The position numbers and the translations under genes were made by a program. A stretch of 64,000 nucleotides of DNA from Mantamonas sphyraenae STR306 (Eukaryota > Protista > CRuMs): contig JAPMXV010000041.1 in assembly GCA_026936335.1 (NCBI GenBank), forward strand, positions 1 through 64,000. Reading direction: 5' to 3'. Below, in pieces: positions 22,721 to 35,370 of this stretch. Under the pieces are notes generated by a model. It had not been told where the DNA came from, ran no database searches, and was given only the letters and a program-made list of their open reading frames with translations. Positions within the stretch are counted from its first letter, which is position 1, and each line of letters starts with the position of its first letter.

Positions 22721-25700
22721 ATGCCCTCTGTATTCTTCAGCATCCATTGGGACTCTTCCGAGGACGAATCCACCGTGCCGGCCTCATCTGCCGCCCACGC
22801 CTCTTCCTCCTCCACCTCTGGTCCCTCGGCATTTGTGAAGCGGTGCGTGCATTCTGCCTCCTTCCTCCGCCGCCGCCCCGCTCCACCCTCCCACACCCAC
22901 TCACTCTCCCACGACCCCCGCCCACCCACCCCTCTCTCCTCTCCCTCCCACGCCCACCCCCTGCCCTCTCCCTCCCTCAGCGACGACACACGTCGCCGAA
23001 AACGCCCCAAGGGTCAGGTCAAGTCCAAGAAGCAGCGCAAGATCGACGAGATGTACTCGGTCTCCAACAGTTTCCGCGCCGCCCTCCAAGCACCCGAGAT
23101 CTCCTGGATCCACGTCACCGACCAGCTCACCGAGCTCAGCAACGCCACAGACGGCGCCATCAAGGCAAACAACATTCTCGAGACGCCCCGCGTCTTTGTC
23201 CGCGCCATTTCCGAGCTCGAGGATGCTTACAACCTCAGCAAAGCCAACCCGTCCAAGCTCACCAAGGACGAGAAAAAGGCCCACAACAAGCTCAAGCAGG
23301 AGATCAAGAAGCTCACCAAGAAACACAAAGCCCTCATCACTCAGTTCCGTGCCGACCAGGACAGCTTTATGGCCAACGACCAGTGGCAGCAGTCTGAGGT
23401 CGAACTCGTACGTGTTCACCCTGCCCATTCCTACCCCAACGTGCTCCTCCCTCTCCCCATCCGCCCTCCCACCTGCCTTTTCAACCCCTTGATCATTTCC
23501 CTGCATGCGCCCCAGCCCCATTTTCTCTGAAATCCCGCTCACACCACCACCCACCCCGTTCCCCACATCCCCACACCCCGTCCACATCCACCCACCTTCC
23601 TCCCCATCCCGCCCCCTAAACCCTCCCCAATCCCCCTCAGGTCTCCGACGAGGAATCCGCAGAGGAAGAAGAGGAACAGGAATACGAGCTCACAAAGAGC
23701 GGCCGCCGTAAGCTCGGCGCTGCCTACTTTCTCAAGGCAAACACTGCCTCTGCAGACTCAGACTCAGACTCAGACTCCGACTGGAACCCTGACGACTGGA
23801 GCTCCGACGACGAAGAGCCCGTCGCCATCCACGAGGTCGACCCGCAGCCAAGCGACACAACGACCTCTTCCCGCGCCGCGCGCTTCCTCAAGGACGCCCC
23901 GTCCTCCGACGACGACGAGCCAACGGATGCCACCAAAAAGGAGCCCGCACAGCCCTCCAAGAAGCCCGTTTCCGAACCCGCCGCCCCGACCGCAACCGCC
24001 GTCGCAAAGGTCGCCATCGACAAGCTCGCCGCCCTCAAGGATCCCAAAATCAACTGGACCCCCATGAAGATCGCAGAGGCCTACAAGGAACTCCTCTCTC
24101 GCCGCGGCGCACGCAACACAGACTCCGCCGACCAGCTCGACTTCCTCACCGTCCTCCTCACAAAGACCACCGACCCCGGCCAGCGCGTCCAACTCCTCGT
24201 CACAAAGATCTCCCTCCACTTTGAGCTCATCTCTGCCCAGACCCAGGCCGGCGCACCCGTCGACTCCACCCTCTGGCGCAACTGCCACGCCGCAACCTAC
24301 GAGCTCATCGACCTCTACTACAGCACCCCGGCCCTTGCAGACGTCGACAACGACCCGCTCGTCGCCATCAAGAAGCTCGAGGAGCACATCGACGAACTCA
24401 AGGCCCAGGAGAACCCGGGTCTCGCCGCAACAACCGTCGCCGCAACCACAAGCGCCTCCTCACGCATCCCGGGCGTCTCCGACTCCACCCTCCTCCTCAA
24501 CGACACCCTCGTCTCCGTCGTCTCCCAGCTCCGCGACATCCTCGTCTACTCCCTCCAGCGCATCGAGGCACAGACCACAGAGTTTGTCACCCAGCTCGAG
24601 GACGAGAGTCTCTTTCTCCAACTCGCCAAGCGCGTCCAGTTCTTCTACACCCAGCTCAACGCCACGCGCACCGACAACCCAGAAGTCTCCTTTTACGAAA
24701 GCGCCGCACGCGTCGCTTCCCTTCGTGTCGAGCACCTCTATTACAAGCGCGACGACCACCACGCTGCCACCTCGGCCTCCTCGGGCGACCTCGACCTGGC
24801 CACAGACACCACAAACGACGAGAGCAAGGACCTTGGCCAGCTCCTCCACTCTCTCGCCGTCCTCGTGTACAAATACGGCACCGAGCGCCAAAAGAGCCGC
24901 TGCATGCTCGGCCAAATCTTCCACCACGCCCTCCACAACCGCTTCTACATCGCGCGCGACTACCTCCTCATGAGCCATCTCCAGGACAACATCCAGAGCT
25001 CCGACATCGAGACAAAGGTCCTCTTCAACCGCACCGTTGCCCAGATGGGTCTCTGCGCCTTTCGCCTCGGTCTCATCCGCGACGCACACTCCCTCCTCTC
25101 AGACCTCTGCTCCAGTGGCCACATCAAGCAGCTCCTCGCACAGGGCCTCACACGCGTCACAGCCGAGGACTACGACCCTGAGCTCCACCGCCAGGAGCGC
25201 GCTCGCCAGGTGCCCTACCACATGCACATCAACCTCAACCTCCTCGAGGCCTGCCACCTCATCTCTGCCATGATCCTCGAAGTGCCCAACATGGCCCGCA
25301 CCGCTGGCCAGTCTCGCCCGCGCATGATCTCAAAGAACTTCCGCAAGCTCCTCCAGTACAACATCCAGAGCAGCTTCGACGGTCCCCCCGAGAACAACCG
25401 CGACCACTGCCTCGTTGCCGCACGCCACCTCGCCGCAGGCCGCTGGCGCAAGGCCAACCAGCTCATCATGGACGGTCTCGAGATCTGGTCCCTCATTCCC
25501 GACGAGGACGCCGTCAAGGCCATGGTCCACCAGCACATCAAGGAGGCTGCCCTCTGCACCTACCTCTACTCCTACGCAGACGTCTACTCCTCCATGTCCC
25601 TCCAGAGCCTCGCAGACATGTTTGAGCTCGAGCCCAGCAAGGCCTACTCCCTCATCAGCAAGATGCTCATCGAGGACGAACTCCAGGCCAGCTGGGAGCA

Positions 25701-26124
25701 GCCCACAGAGTGCATCATCATGGAGAAGGTCGAAGCCTCGCGCCTCCAGCTCCTTGCTCTCCAGCTCAGCGACAAGGTGTACACCCTCGTCGAAAACAAC
25801 GAAAAGCTCTTTGATGCACGCACGGGCGTCTACGGCTACAAGGAGAGCGGCAAGGGCGGAAGCTCTTACGACGGCGCACGTTCCTACCGCCGCCAGCCCC
25901 GTGGCAAGCGCACACGGAACAAGCGCACCCCGCTTGCCTTCCGCTCTTTCAACCGCGACGAAGAGAGCGGCAGCCGCTTCTTCACAGGCACAACCACCCC
26001 CAAGCGCAGACGCTCCAAGCGTTCCTCCAACACCACTGCTGCTTCCTCCGCCCCGTCCACCAGTGCACGCACAGGCCGTGGTGGAACACGTGGACGCGGC
26101 CGCGGACGTGGCCGTGGCCGTTAA
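22721..26124 (+). CDS. EIF3C: Translation initiation factor eIF3 subunit C; exons 22721-22842, 22981-23407, 23641-26124
   Basis: Conserved HLYYK, ARDYLLMSHLQDNI, QVPYHMHINLNLLE, FDGPPENNRDH and a PCI domain; both introns are GT-AG and restore frame. Confidence 0.95.
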
Positions 26125-26220
26125 GCCGAGCGTTAGCCGAGGCCGTTAAGCCGAGGCCCACACAGTGTACACCACACACACGCACACGATCACGATCACG
26201 ATTAAACCCCTCCATTTTCC

Positions 26221-27876
26221 TCATCCATGCCCCACCCACCATCGCAACGCCGCATCCCCTCGCCCACGCGCCACATACTCGTCCCAACGTCCGTCCTCCC
26301 GTGGGTAGACACGCACAAACTCCCCGCGCACGCGTTCCTCATACTCCAGGTCCACAATGGCGTCCAGCTCACCGTACGTCACACACGCCCGCAGATCAAC
26401 CTCACCCTCCTCACGTGCACACGTCACCTGTGCTTGAACCCCTCCCAGGGTCTCGACAATCTCGCGCCGCACCTCTTGCTTGGCTTCAAACACGCGAAAG
26501 TTCGCCACCCCAACCATGTGCAGCAGGTCTTCCAGCAGCCGCAGCTTCTGCGCATAGTCAAACGCACTGCCCTTGCTCGCCAGTCCCACGTTCACGTTGC
26601 CCTCAATGAACCACGCGTGCAGTGTGTCGTCAAACTCCACGTCAATGCCCAGAAACGCAAACGTGTTCCGAGGCCGCTTCACCCACTTGGCCGCCGTCCC
26701 GCGCACAGACTCAAGCACCGGCAACACACTCTTTCCTGCTACCTCCTGCACTTTGGCCCACATCTCCTCTCCATCCAGTCCCTGTGCCCTGCACCATTCC
26801 TCCCGCCACCACCGCACACTGCGCCTCGACCCGATTCCCTGGATCTCGGCATCGTCAAAGTCCGTCTGGAATCCGGCCGCCCCTTTGTTCGTTGCCGGGT
26901 TGGTGATAAACATGCGCGCGTTTGCGTCCGAGAACACCTCCGCACTCATGTTGTACGGGGTTGTGCTCAGTTTCACGATCCCGTCCTCGTACATCCACAT
27001 CCGCAGCGGTTCCACACTCGTCACCAACACATACACACGCAGCGTAAACTTGAGCCCATCCATCAGCAGCGGGTTCACAATGTACCTCTGCGCAAGCCAC
27101 TTGCCGTCGTCCGGCACACTCCCCGCCTCTTCCGCAGGGATCAGACGCAACCCGACCCCCTGTCCGCCGTCAATCGGCTTGACAATCAGTGGCGCTCTCG
27201 GTTCCTTCTCCTGCAATGCAGTCAGCTGTGAACGCATCTGCGGCAGCACATACGTCGTTGGGTGGAACGCAAACTCCGCGCTCCCGTGCTTTTCCACTGC
27301 CGCTGCGTATTGCACCGCATACCGATCCTTCATGTTGTACTCCGTGCTGAATCCTGGGATCCGGTTGATCCGCTGGTATCCGTCCAGTTTGCCGTACAGC
27401 TTCAGCGGCACATCCCCGCCGCGTCCCACGGCCATGAGGTCGATGCGAGCCCACACCACATGCACGCCTCCCACCTGGTCGTGTGCACTGCGCACCATCC
27501 CAAACCGCTCGCGAAGCACCGCAGACAGCGGATAGTTCACGTCTCCTCGGCTCTTCAGCTTCCCGGGCGCCCCCACCACACGCGACAAAATCGAAAACTG
27601 CCGCCGTGGCACGCTTGAACGCCCTGCACGATCCCCTCGACGCGACTGCACGTACGCCGTGATTGCGTCGCTGCTCAGATTCGCCGCCTTGACTGCGCTC
27701 GTGTTGAATGCCGTCACTGGCAGCCGTGCTTCCCACTCGCCAACCCACCCTGCGCCCACACTCACTTCCTCAGGCACCTCCTCACCCAAGCCCACAACGC
27801 ACACAACCGCTGCCATCAAGGTTCCCACCACGGCTACCATTCCCACTCGCTTTGCTCTCATTCCCATGCCCATCAT
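26221..27876 (-). CDS. Tubulin-tyrosine-ligase-like (ATP-grasp) protein with N-terminal hydrophobic signal/anchor
   Basis: INRIPG, FHPTTYVLP, IVKP..GGQGVG, AQRYIVNPLL..GLKF.LRVYVLVTS..PLR, F..LG.D..FD..L..W.IE.N. Confidence 0.88.
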   Translation of the reverse strand: MMGMGMRAKRVGMVAVVGTLMAAVVCVVGLGEEVPEEVSVGAGWVGEWEARLPVTAFNTSAVKAANLSSDAITAYVQSRRGDRAGRSSVPRRQFSILSRVVGAPGKLKSRGDVNYPLSAVLRERFGMVRSAHDQVGGVHVVWARIDLMAVGRGGDVPLKLYGKLDGYQRINRIPGFSTEYNMKDRYAVQYAAAVEKHGSAEFAFHPTTYVLPQMRSQLTALQEKEPRAPLIVKPIDGGQGVGLRLIPAEEAGSVPDDGKWLAQRYIVNPLLMDGLKFTLRVYVLVTSVEPLRMWMYEDGIVKLSTTPYNMSAEVFSDANARMFITNPATNKGAAGFQTDFDDAEIQGIGSRRSVRWWREEWCRAQGLDGEEMWAKVQEVAGKSVLPVLESVRGTAAKWVKRPRNTFAFLGIDVEFDDTLHAWFIEGNVNVGLASKGSAFDYAQKLRLLEDLLHMVGVANFRVFEAKQEVRREIVETLGGVQAQVTCAREEGEVDLRACVTYGELDAIVDLEYEERVRGEFVRVYPREDGRWDEYVARGRGDAALRWWVGHG

Positions 27877-27925
27877 GAATGGTTGCCTTCACCGGCGCAA
27901 ACCAAACTCAAACACACTCCTCACC

Positions 27926-28528
27926 ATGTCTGCCCAGGGCCCTGACCTCAAAAAGTACGCCTGCCCTCGCCCTACCCGTGCCCTCTGCACATCCTTGGTG
28001 GCCTCAGCCCCCGCCCTTCTCCTCTGCCTCCTACCCATTGCTCCTCTTGCTGACCCCGCGCAATTTCCACCGACGCATTTCCTGCCCTCTCCTTCCCGCC
28101 CGCCTCTCTCCGCAGGTACATGGACAAGAAGCTCGAGATCAAGCTCAACGGCAACCGCACTGTCATTGGCTACCTCCGCGGCTTTGACCACTTTATGAAC
28201 CTTGTCCTCGACGAGACGGTCGAGGAGCTGTCCAACGGCGAGCCCAAGGACATCGGCCTTGTTGTACGTTTTGTCCTTCCACCCTCTGCACAGCCAACCC
28301 AGCCTCCCGACCCCGTTCCCCCACTCCTCCACCCGCCTCCCCTTGCCATCCGTTCCCATACCTCCCACCCCACTAATCCTCACCCTCCCCTCCCGCCTCT
28401 CTCAACCCCTCCCAACCCTCCCTCCCTCCCCACACCCTTCCCACCCTTCCCACCCTCCCACCCTCCCCACCCTCCCACAGGTCATCCGTGGCAACAGCAT
28501 CGCCATGATGGAATGCCTCTCGGCATAA
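27926..28528 (+). CDS. SNRPG: Small nuclear ribonucleoprotein SmG; exons 27926-27954, 28116-28263, 28481-28528
   Basis: Spliced product PDLKKYMDKKLEIKLNGNR..GYLRGFDHFMNLVLDE..IGLVVIRGNSI. Confidence 0.95.
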
Positions 28529-28563
28529 ACAATGTACATTTTCTCCTGCTCCCCACCAACCCA

Positions 28564-29569
28564 CTACTCCACCACCATGTCATCTCCATCATCATTCCCA
28601 CCCTCCCCTCCATCTCCACCCTCCTGTTCATCTGCATCCCCTTCTCCGTTCGACCCTCCCTCCTGCGCTCCCACGCCTGCTGCGCCCGCCCCCGGAAACT
28701 GCGCCCCAACTCCTCCCTGCATCGCCATCCCTGTCCCAAACAACATGTTTGGCCGCACCGTCTTGGCATACGGGTTGTTTGCTGCCAGCATGCGCTCTGT
28801 CCACACCCATCCCGTCCGTGTCAGCTGTTGCCGGCCCGCCAAAAACACCCGCCCCTTTCTCCCGCCTCCCGCGTTCGCCCCCGCACCCTCCAACAGCCCC
28901 ACCAAGCCCACTCACCTGCTTCGCTTCCGTGATACTCCGACTTGCTGTCCTTTTTCAGCGCATAGTTCACCGTAATCTGCCGCCCGCACAGGTATTGACC
29001 TGCACACGCCGCCCTGTGTCAGCACATGCTTCCCCACACACTGCCCACTCTCTTTCTCTCTCGCCCTCTCCACACCACTCACCATTCATCATGTGGATTG
29101 CTGCATCGCTCGCCTCAAAGCTGTCAAAGTGCACAAACCCAAACCCCTTCGGGTTGCCCGTGTCCACGTCTCGCATCACCTTGACGTGCAGAATCCCTCC
29201 AAACGCGCTGAATGTGTCGTACAACAACTTCTCATCCACAAGATCATCCAGCGAGCCCACAAACACATTCGCTCCCACGTCCCGCTTCCTCTCATCCTTG
29301 TCCCGGTCCGCCTTGTTCAGCCGCAGAGGCCGCCCGTACAGCTTGATCCAGTTCAGGATCCGGATCGCGTACTCTGCGTCCTCCTCCGCACGAAACTCCA
29401 CAAACCCATACCCGCTGTGTTGCCCGCTCAGCTTGTCCCGTGGAATGTGCACGCTCACCACAGGGCCTGCCTGCGTCATCAGCTCGTGCAGCAGCTCCTC
29501 GCTCACTGCAGGATCCAAGTCCCCACAAAACACCGTTGCCTCCTGATTCCGTTCAATCTGACTGCTCAT
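28564..29569 (-). CDS. SF3B4: Splicing factor 3B subunit 4 (two RRMs); exons 29569-29083, 28999-28916, 28796-28564
   Basis: [64 protein letters not shown]. Confidence 0.95.
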
Positions 29570-29684
29570 TCCTTCCCACTCGGCACTTCTTCGCTCCCAG
29601 GATTTCGATGCCCCGTCCCGCGCACACCCGCCCGCCTCCCTCTCGACACCGTTTCCTCCCAGTCCCCCCTTTCCACCCAACCCA

Positions 29685-32600
29685 ATGCTCCGTTCCGCCG
29701 TCCAGCATTGGCTGCGTCTACACGCAGACGATTCCGATGACACTCTCATCGACTACTTTTCCGTGTACCTACTCCTAGACACCTCCACCTCCTCCTCTTC
29801 CCCTTCCACCTCCACCACCTCCTCCACCTCCTCATCCTCCACCTCCTCCTCAACAACCACCTCCACCTCCTCCTCCACAACCACCACTCCTTCCCTCCTC
29901 CCTCTCCACCCATGGTCCCCTGCCCTCCTCCTCTTCAGCGACGACAACCTGTACCTCCTACAGCTTGACAAAGCTCCAGAAGACGCCCTCGTCACCACCT
30001 GCTCCCTCACCCTCTCCAACAAGGGTAATTTCACTCCGCCTCTACCACTCTCACCCCCACCCTCTGCCCCCTTCCCCTCTCCCCCCTCCCCATTTCCCAA
30101 TCCCACCCCTTTCTCCCCGCTCACCCGTCGCCTCCAATCCTCCCTCAGTCTCCCTCGACAACACAGACCTCACGCTCACCTTCCCAGATGGCCTTGTTGC
30201 CTACATCGACTCCCGCGACTCCCTCGATCGCCTTACCGCCGTGTTTTCCGAATGGAAAGGCACCCGCCTTGCAGACGACAGGGCCTCTCTAGCCTTCTCA
30301 CCATCCCAACCCCAACCGTCCTCCCCGCAATCCTCCCCGGCCCCAGCCGACCTTGCCGTCACCCTTACCGAGCAAAAACCCATCCGCAAATCCTACAGCA
30401 TCCTCAAGCGCCGCTCCAAGCAACCACAAGCGCAGCAAGCAAACGACCAACCCTCCCCGTCCTCCCCCACCGTCCGCTTCTCCACCACCCCGGCCCCACC
30501 CACTCCCTCCGCCTCCCTCGACCCCGAGGTCCAAATCCGTCTCCCCATCTTTCGTGTCCTCGCCTCCCTGGGCGTCAAGGAAGACCATTTGTGGCAGGGC
30601 AGCATCGACGTCCTCGGCGTCGTCAACCAGCTCAAGGACATCTTTCGCAACACCAAAGAGTTTGACCTCTTTCTCCCAGTCACCGGACAGCCTATGTCCG
30701 CCGCAGACGACGATGCCATTGCCACTCGCTCCCGCAGTGACACCACCGTCGACCCTCCCAGCTCTCGCGGCGGCAGTTCACGCTCCGATGCGGGCCGCAC
30801 TGCCGTCATCACCTTTGCCTTTCCTCACAACGATCCCGCCTTCCACGGCATCCGTAACAAGATGTTCCGCGTGAAAACAACTTGGTCTGTGCGCCATGTC
30901 ATACGCGTCATTTGTCGCAAGCTCAAGCTTCGTCCCGCAGACGCTGACCAGTCCCACGAGCTCACACGTGCCCTCCTCTCTGCCGCCGCCGCCGAGTTTC
31001 GTCTCCTCACCCTTGCTGGCCTCGTCCTCGACGAAAAGCTGCCCATCCATGCCTATGGCCTCGGCTCTCTCTTTGAAAGCTGGCAGCTCCAGCTCCTGCG
31101 AACAGACAACCTCCCGCCACGCGAACAGCACATCATCGAGTTCCGCATGCCCACAGACGCCCCACAATTCAACGGCATCCACAAGAAGCTCATCAAACTC
31201 GATCCTTCCCTTCGCATGTACGAGATCCTCGAGCTCCTCCTCACCAAGCTCGGCCTTCCCGTCGTCGCCATCGACCACCTCTACGACCTCAACGGCCCCA
31301 ACGGCACCCGCTTTGAGCTCTACGAGTCCCTTCAGATGCACGGCGTCGGCTCCCTCTACGACACCCTCACTGTCCACCTCAAGGCCGTCAAGAACCCCCG
31401 CCCAAACGCACGCCTTCGCGCTGCCTCCAACCGCAACCTGCCCAAGCGCCGCTCCCAGTACAACGTCGGCTCTTCAACCGTCGGTGGCGTACGCAAGAGC
31501 CTCCTCCTCGCGCCCGCCGCTTCCGACCTGCCTCTCCCGCCACCGCGTACCTCCTCCACAGACTCCCAACCGTCCCCCACAGCACCTACGAAGCAACAAC
31601 AGCACGAACCACAGGAGCAGGCCGACCAACAGCCTCAAGGCCAACCGCAGGCAACGACTCCTGTGGACGTGCCCAGCGAGCTCACAGACCTCCTCCACCT
31701 CCGCAAATGTGGCTTCCTCCACAAACGCGGCGGCGTCGTCAAGTCCTGGAAGAAGCGCTGGTTTGTGCTCGAAAACGATGTCCTCGCCTACTTTACCTCT
31801 CCGCAGAAGCAAGAGCCCGCCGGCGCAGTCAGCCTGCTCGGCGCCATCTGCGGCCGTGTCAGCAAGCGCATCCACACGCGCAGCTCCTCTGCAGATAGTG
31901 ACAACGACGACGACGACGACGACAATCAACGCTCGGGCAACGAATGGCACGTCCTGTACATTGACCACCCGGCTGGCCGCCGCTACCTCATTGCAAGCAA
32001 GAGCAAGTCCACCCTCGAGAGCTGGTACGACATGCTCGTCATGTGGGCCAGTCCCGGTGACACCCTCGACTCCTTTGATCAGGTCAACAACCGCACACGC
32101 ACCGCCCCTGCAGACACCATCTCCAACTTTCGCCGCTCTGTCATGCTCAAGGTCAAACGCCAAAGCGGCAGCTCCCTTGACCTCCACGCATCCTCCTCCT
32201 CCTCCTCCACCACCACCACCACCACCACCACTACCACCGCCAACAACAACACAACCTCCTCCTCCACCGCCACAAACCCCACCTACGTGCCCACCGACGA
32301 TGATCCCGCATCCTCAGACACCGCCACCCCTTCCCAGCGCTCCACCTCCACTGCCATGGGCATGCGCAAACCAATTCCTCCCGAAAACTACGCCCCACCC
32401 ATGCGTGTCAATGTCAGCCAACGCGTGCGCAAGACCTTCAAATCCTCCTGGCAACGCCGCAAGCTCCTTCTCGACACAGACGCTGTTCTCTCTGTCTTTC
32501 GCCTCTCTGACGACGACGCCACCGCCGAACCCCTCGCTCGCCTTGTCCTCAACATGGCCGCCGACCTCGACCCCATACGCGACCAGGACGCAGACCCGGC

Positions 32601-34521
32601 CTGGCTCCTCCGCATCAAAACCTCCGCCGACGACAAGTTCCACGAGTTTGCCTTTGCCTTTCCCGAGGATCTCGACTTTTGGGAGGATGTCCTTCGCTAC
32701 GAGATCGAACACGACGCCTACCAAACCTACAAGCGCCGCCAGGACAACATGAACCGCCTCACCATGGGCCACGACCTCGTCCAGCAGCTCCAAGTGACAC
32801 CCATTCCCCAGCTCGAGCCCCAGCTCGAGACCCAACCGCAATCCGAGCCCGAGCCCCAACCAGAGTCCCAACCAGAGCCCCAACCGGAGGCCCAACCAGA
32901 GGCCCAACCAGAGGCCCAACCAGAGGCCCAATCCCCGCAATCATCTTCACCACCCTCCTCCCCTCGCTCCACTCAAGAGCCGCCCTCTCAACCCTCTCCG
33001 CAACCACAACCAGTCCCCGATCCTCCAACTCCGACCCCAACACCACATCTCTCCCTCAATCTCCTTCTGGACGACCACTCCCAACGCGTCTCCCTTTCCT
33101 TCACACTCTACGAACGCGACTGGGCCGCCGTCGACGACCTCCTCCATTCCCAACGCATCCGCATCACCCTCTCCATCCAACCTTACCCCAGCCTTCCCAC
33201 CCGTCTGTCCCTTCGCTTCCTCCCGACTCTCCTGAGCGATCCAGCACCAGAACCAGAACCAGAACCAGAAGCGACAACAGCCTCCCAACCAACCCAAAGC
33301 CCGACCCCTCCGTCCTCCCCTCCTGCCACGCCTTTGCCTCCCACCAAGCAGTACGCCTTCAAACCGCTTCCCTACCTCCTCGCTGGTCCCTGCGACTGGC
33401 GCGAACCTCGCCTCGAACTCCAATTCCGCATCGAAGACACCCGCACGCGCATCCTCCTCGCCATCCCATCCAACATTGACGATGCTTACCTCCAACTCCA
33501 TGCCTGGCGACAAGAACAGGCCCAGATCGAAGCCGACTACGCCGCCGCTGACCATCTTGAGCTCTTTCTTCGCGTCGATGACGCCACAGGCCGCGTCTCC
33601 CTCACCCTGTTCCCCAGCTGTCCACGCACACGCCAGCAACGACGAGACGAAATCCACTCCCTCGTCGGCTCCTGGTTCGACAACGCATTCCACAGGCTCG
33701 AGGCCTATCACGATGCCATCGCCGCGCCCGTCATTGCCACCATCCTCGACCGTACATGGCAACACGTTGCCACACACGACCCAACTGTGTTTGTCCCCAC
33801 CCTCCTCGACGACATCGTCGACCAAGCCTTCTTCTCGGTCGAAGAGTTCAACATCACTGCCGAGCGCATCGGCAAGCTCGACCGCCCAAAGAAGGACAGG
33901 CTCGACGCCGTCCTCGACCTCCTCGAATCAGGCAATGTCAATCAGCTCCTCGCCGCACTCGGTGTCCAGTCCAACCAGCTTGAGGACCTCGCCTCGGCAC
34001 AGGCCGAGCAGGAACTCCTCCAACGCCAGCGCAACGACAACGACGACGCCGACGAGCAAGGCAGCGGGGTCATCACCACAAGTGCCCCGCCTCCTCCCCC
34101 TCCTCCTCCTCCTCCCCCTCCTCCCATCCCCACCATCCGTGCGGATGTCAAGCAGCAGGTCGCCGCACAGTTTGGCGTCCAGCTCAAACAGGCGCCCACC
34201 ACCAGCGAAGAGGGCATGTTGGAAATGGTCCGCACAAAGTCCATTGGCGGAGAGCAGCCCGAAGAGGTCCAACTCCAGGATGCTATTGTCAACGCACGCA
34301 AGGGCTTGCAAAAGGTCTCTGAGCGAAAGCTCCAGCCCAAGAAGCTCGAGGAGGATATCATGGACGATTTTATGAGTGCAATGACCAAACGCTTTGCTTC
34401 CATCCAGCACGGCAACGTGGAATCCCTCGACGACGACGAACTCGACCTCGACGACGACTGGAGCGACGACGACGATTGGAGCGACGATGACGACGACGAC
34501 GACGACACAAGCACCTGGTAG
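29685..34521 (+). CDS. Multidomain protein: two ubiquitin/RA-like domains, two PH domains, poly-Pro, C-terminal WH2-central-acidic (VCA); exons 29685-30024, 30149-34521
   Basis: PH motif [22 protein letters not shown]; C-terminus P13..[39 protein letters not shown]. Confidence 0.8.
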
Positions 34522-34578
34522 CAATGCATCCCACTTCTCTTTCATCTCTGTATTGTGAACTGTGCGCCACTGCCCAGC

Positions 34579-35370
34579 CTACAGCTTGCTGATGGATCCA
34601 CCACACGCAATTGTCGTTTCGCCCGTCACATAGCTCGCCTCGTCCGACACAAGGAAGCACACCGGCGCAGCAATCTCGTCGGGGTTGCCAATGCGTCCCA
34701 ACGGCGTCTGCTCTTCCACCTTGTCCACAATGTCCTTGTTCTTCCACAGCGCCTCGCTAAACTTGGTTTTGATGACCCCCGGCGCCACAGCGTTCACACG
34801 GATGTTGTCTGGGCCCCACTCCCGCGCCAACACTTTGGTGATGGCAAACAGTGTGCTCTTGCTGATCGAATAGTAGCCCAGCATCTCAAACGGCACAATG
34901 CCTGCAATCGAGCTCACAAACACAATCTTCCCTCCCGTCTCCTGCTCGCTCATCACAGCGTGTGCCTCCATGGCCAGTTGCAACGGCGCACGGCAGTTCA
35001 CGTCCATGATCTTGTCGTACGCCTGGATTGGGCTTTCAATCAGCGGTCCAAACACGGGATTCACGGCTGCATTGTTCACCAGAATGTCCAGCCGCCCAAA
35101 CGTGTCCACCACCCACTTCAGCAGCTTCTGTCGATGCTCCTCGTTGCCCACGTGGCAAACCATGCCCCACACCTCCAGTCCCTGCTCCTTAAACATGGCC
35201 ACTGCTTCGTCCACGTTCTCCTGCTTGCGCGAGCTGATCACCACTTTGGCTCCCTCTTTCGCCAGCCTCAGCGCCGTCGCAAGCCCAATGCCCTTGGTCG
35301 ATGCCGTCACCACGGCCACCTGGCCTGTGAAACGTGAAGGATTGATGGCAGATGAAGACGCGGTAGTCAT
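34579..35370 (-). CDS. DHRS4: Peroxisomal short-chain dehydrogenase/reductase (DHRS4-like)
   Basis: TASTKGIG, ISSRKQENVD, NNAAVNP, YSISK catalytic motif, C-terminal SKL (PTS1). Confidence 0.9.
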   Translation of the reverse strand: MTTASSSAINPSRFTGQVAVVTASTKGIGLATALRLAKEGAKVVISSRKQENVDEAVAMFKEQGLEVWGMVCHVGNEEHRQKLLKWVVDTFGRLDILVNNAAVNPVFGPLIESPIQAYDKIMDVNCRAPLQLAMEAHAVMSEQETGGKIVFVSSIAGIVPFEMLGYYSISKSTLFAITKVLAREWGPDNIRVNAVAPGVIKTKFSEALWKNKDIVDKVEEQTPLGRIGNPDEIAAPVCFLVSDEASYVTGETTIACGGSISKL

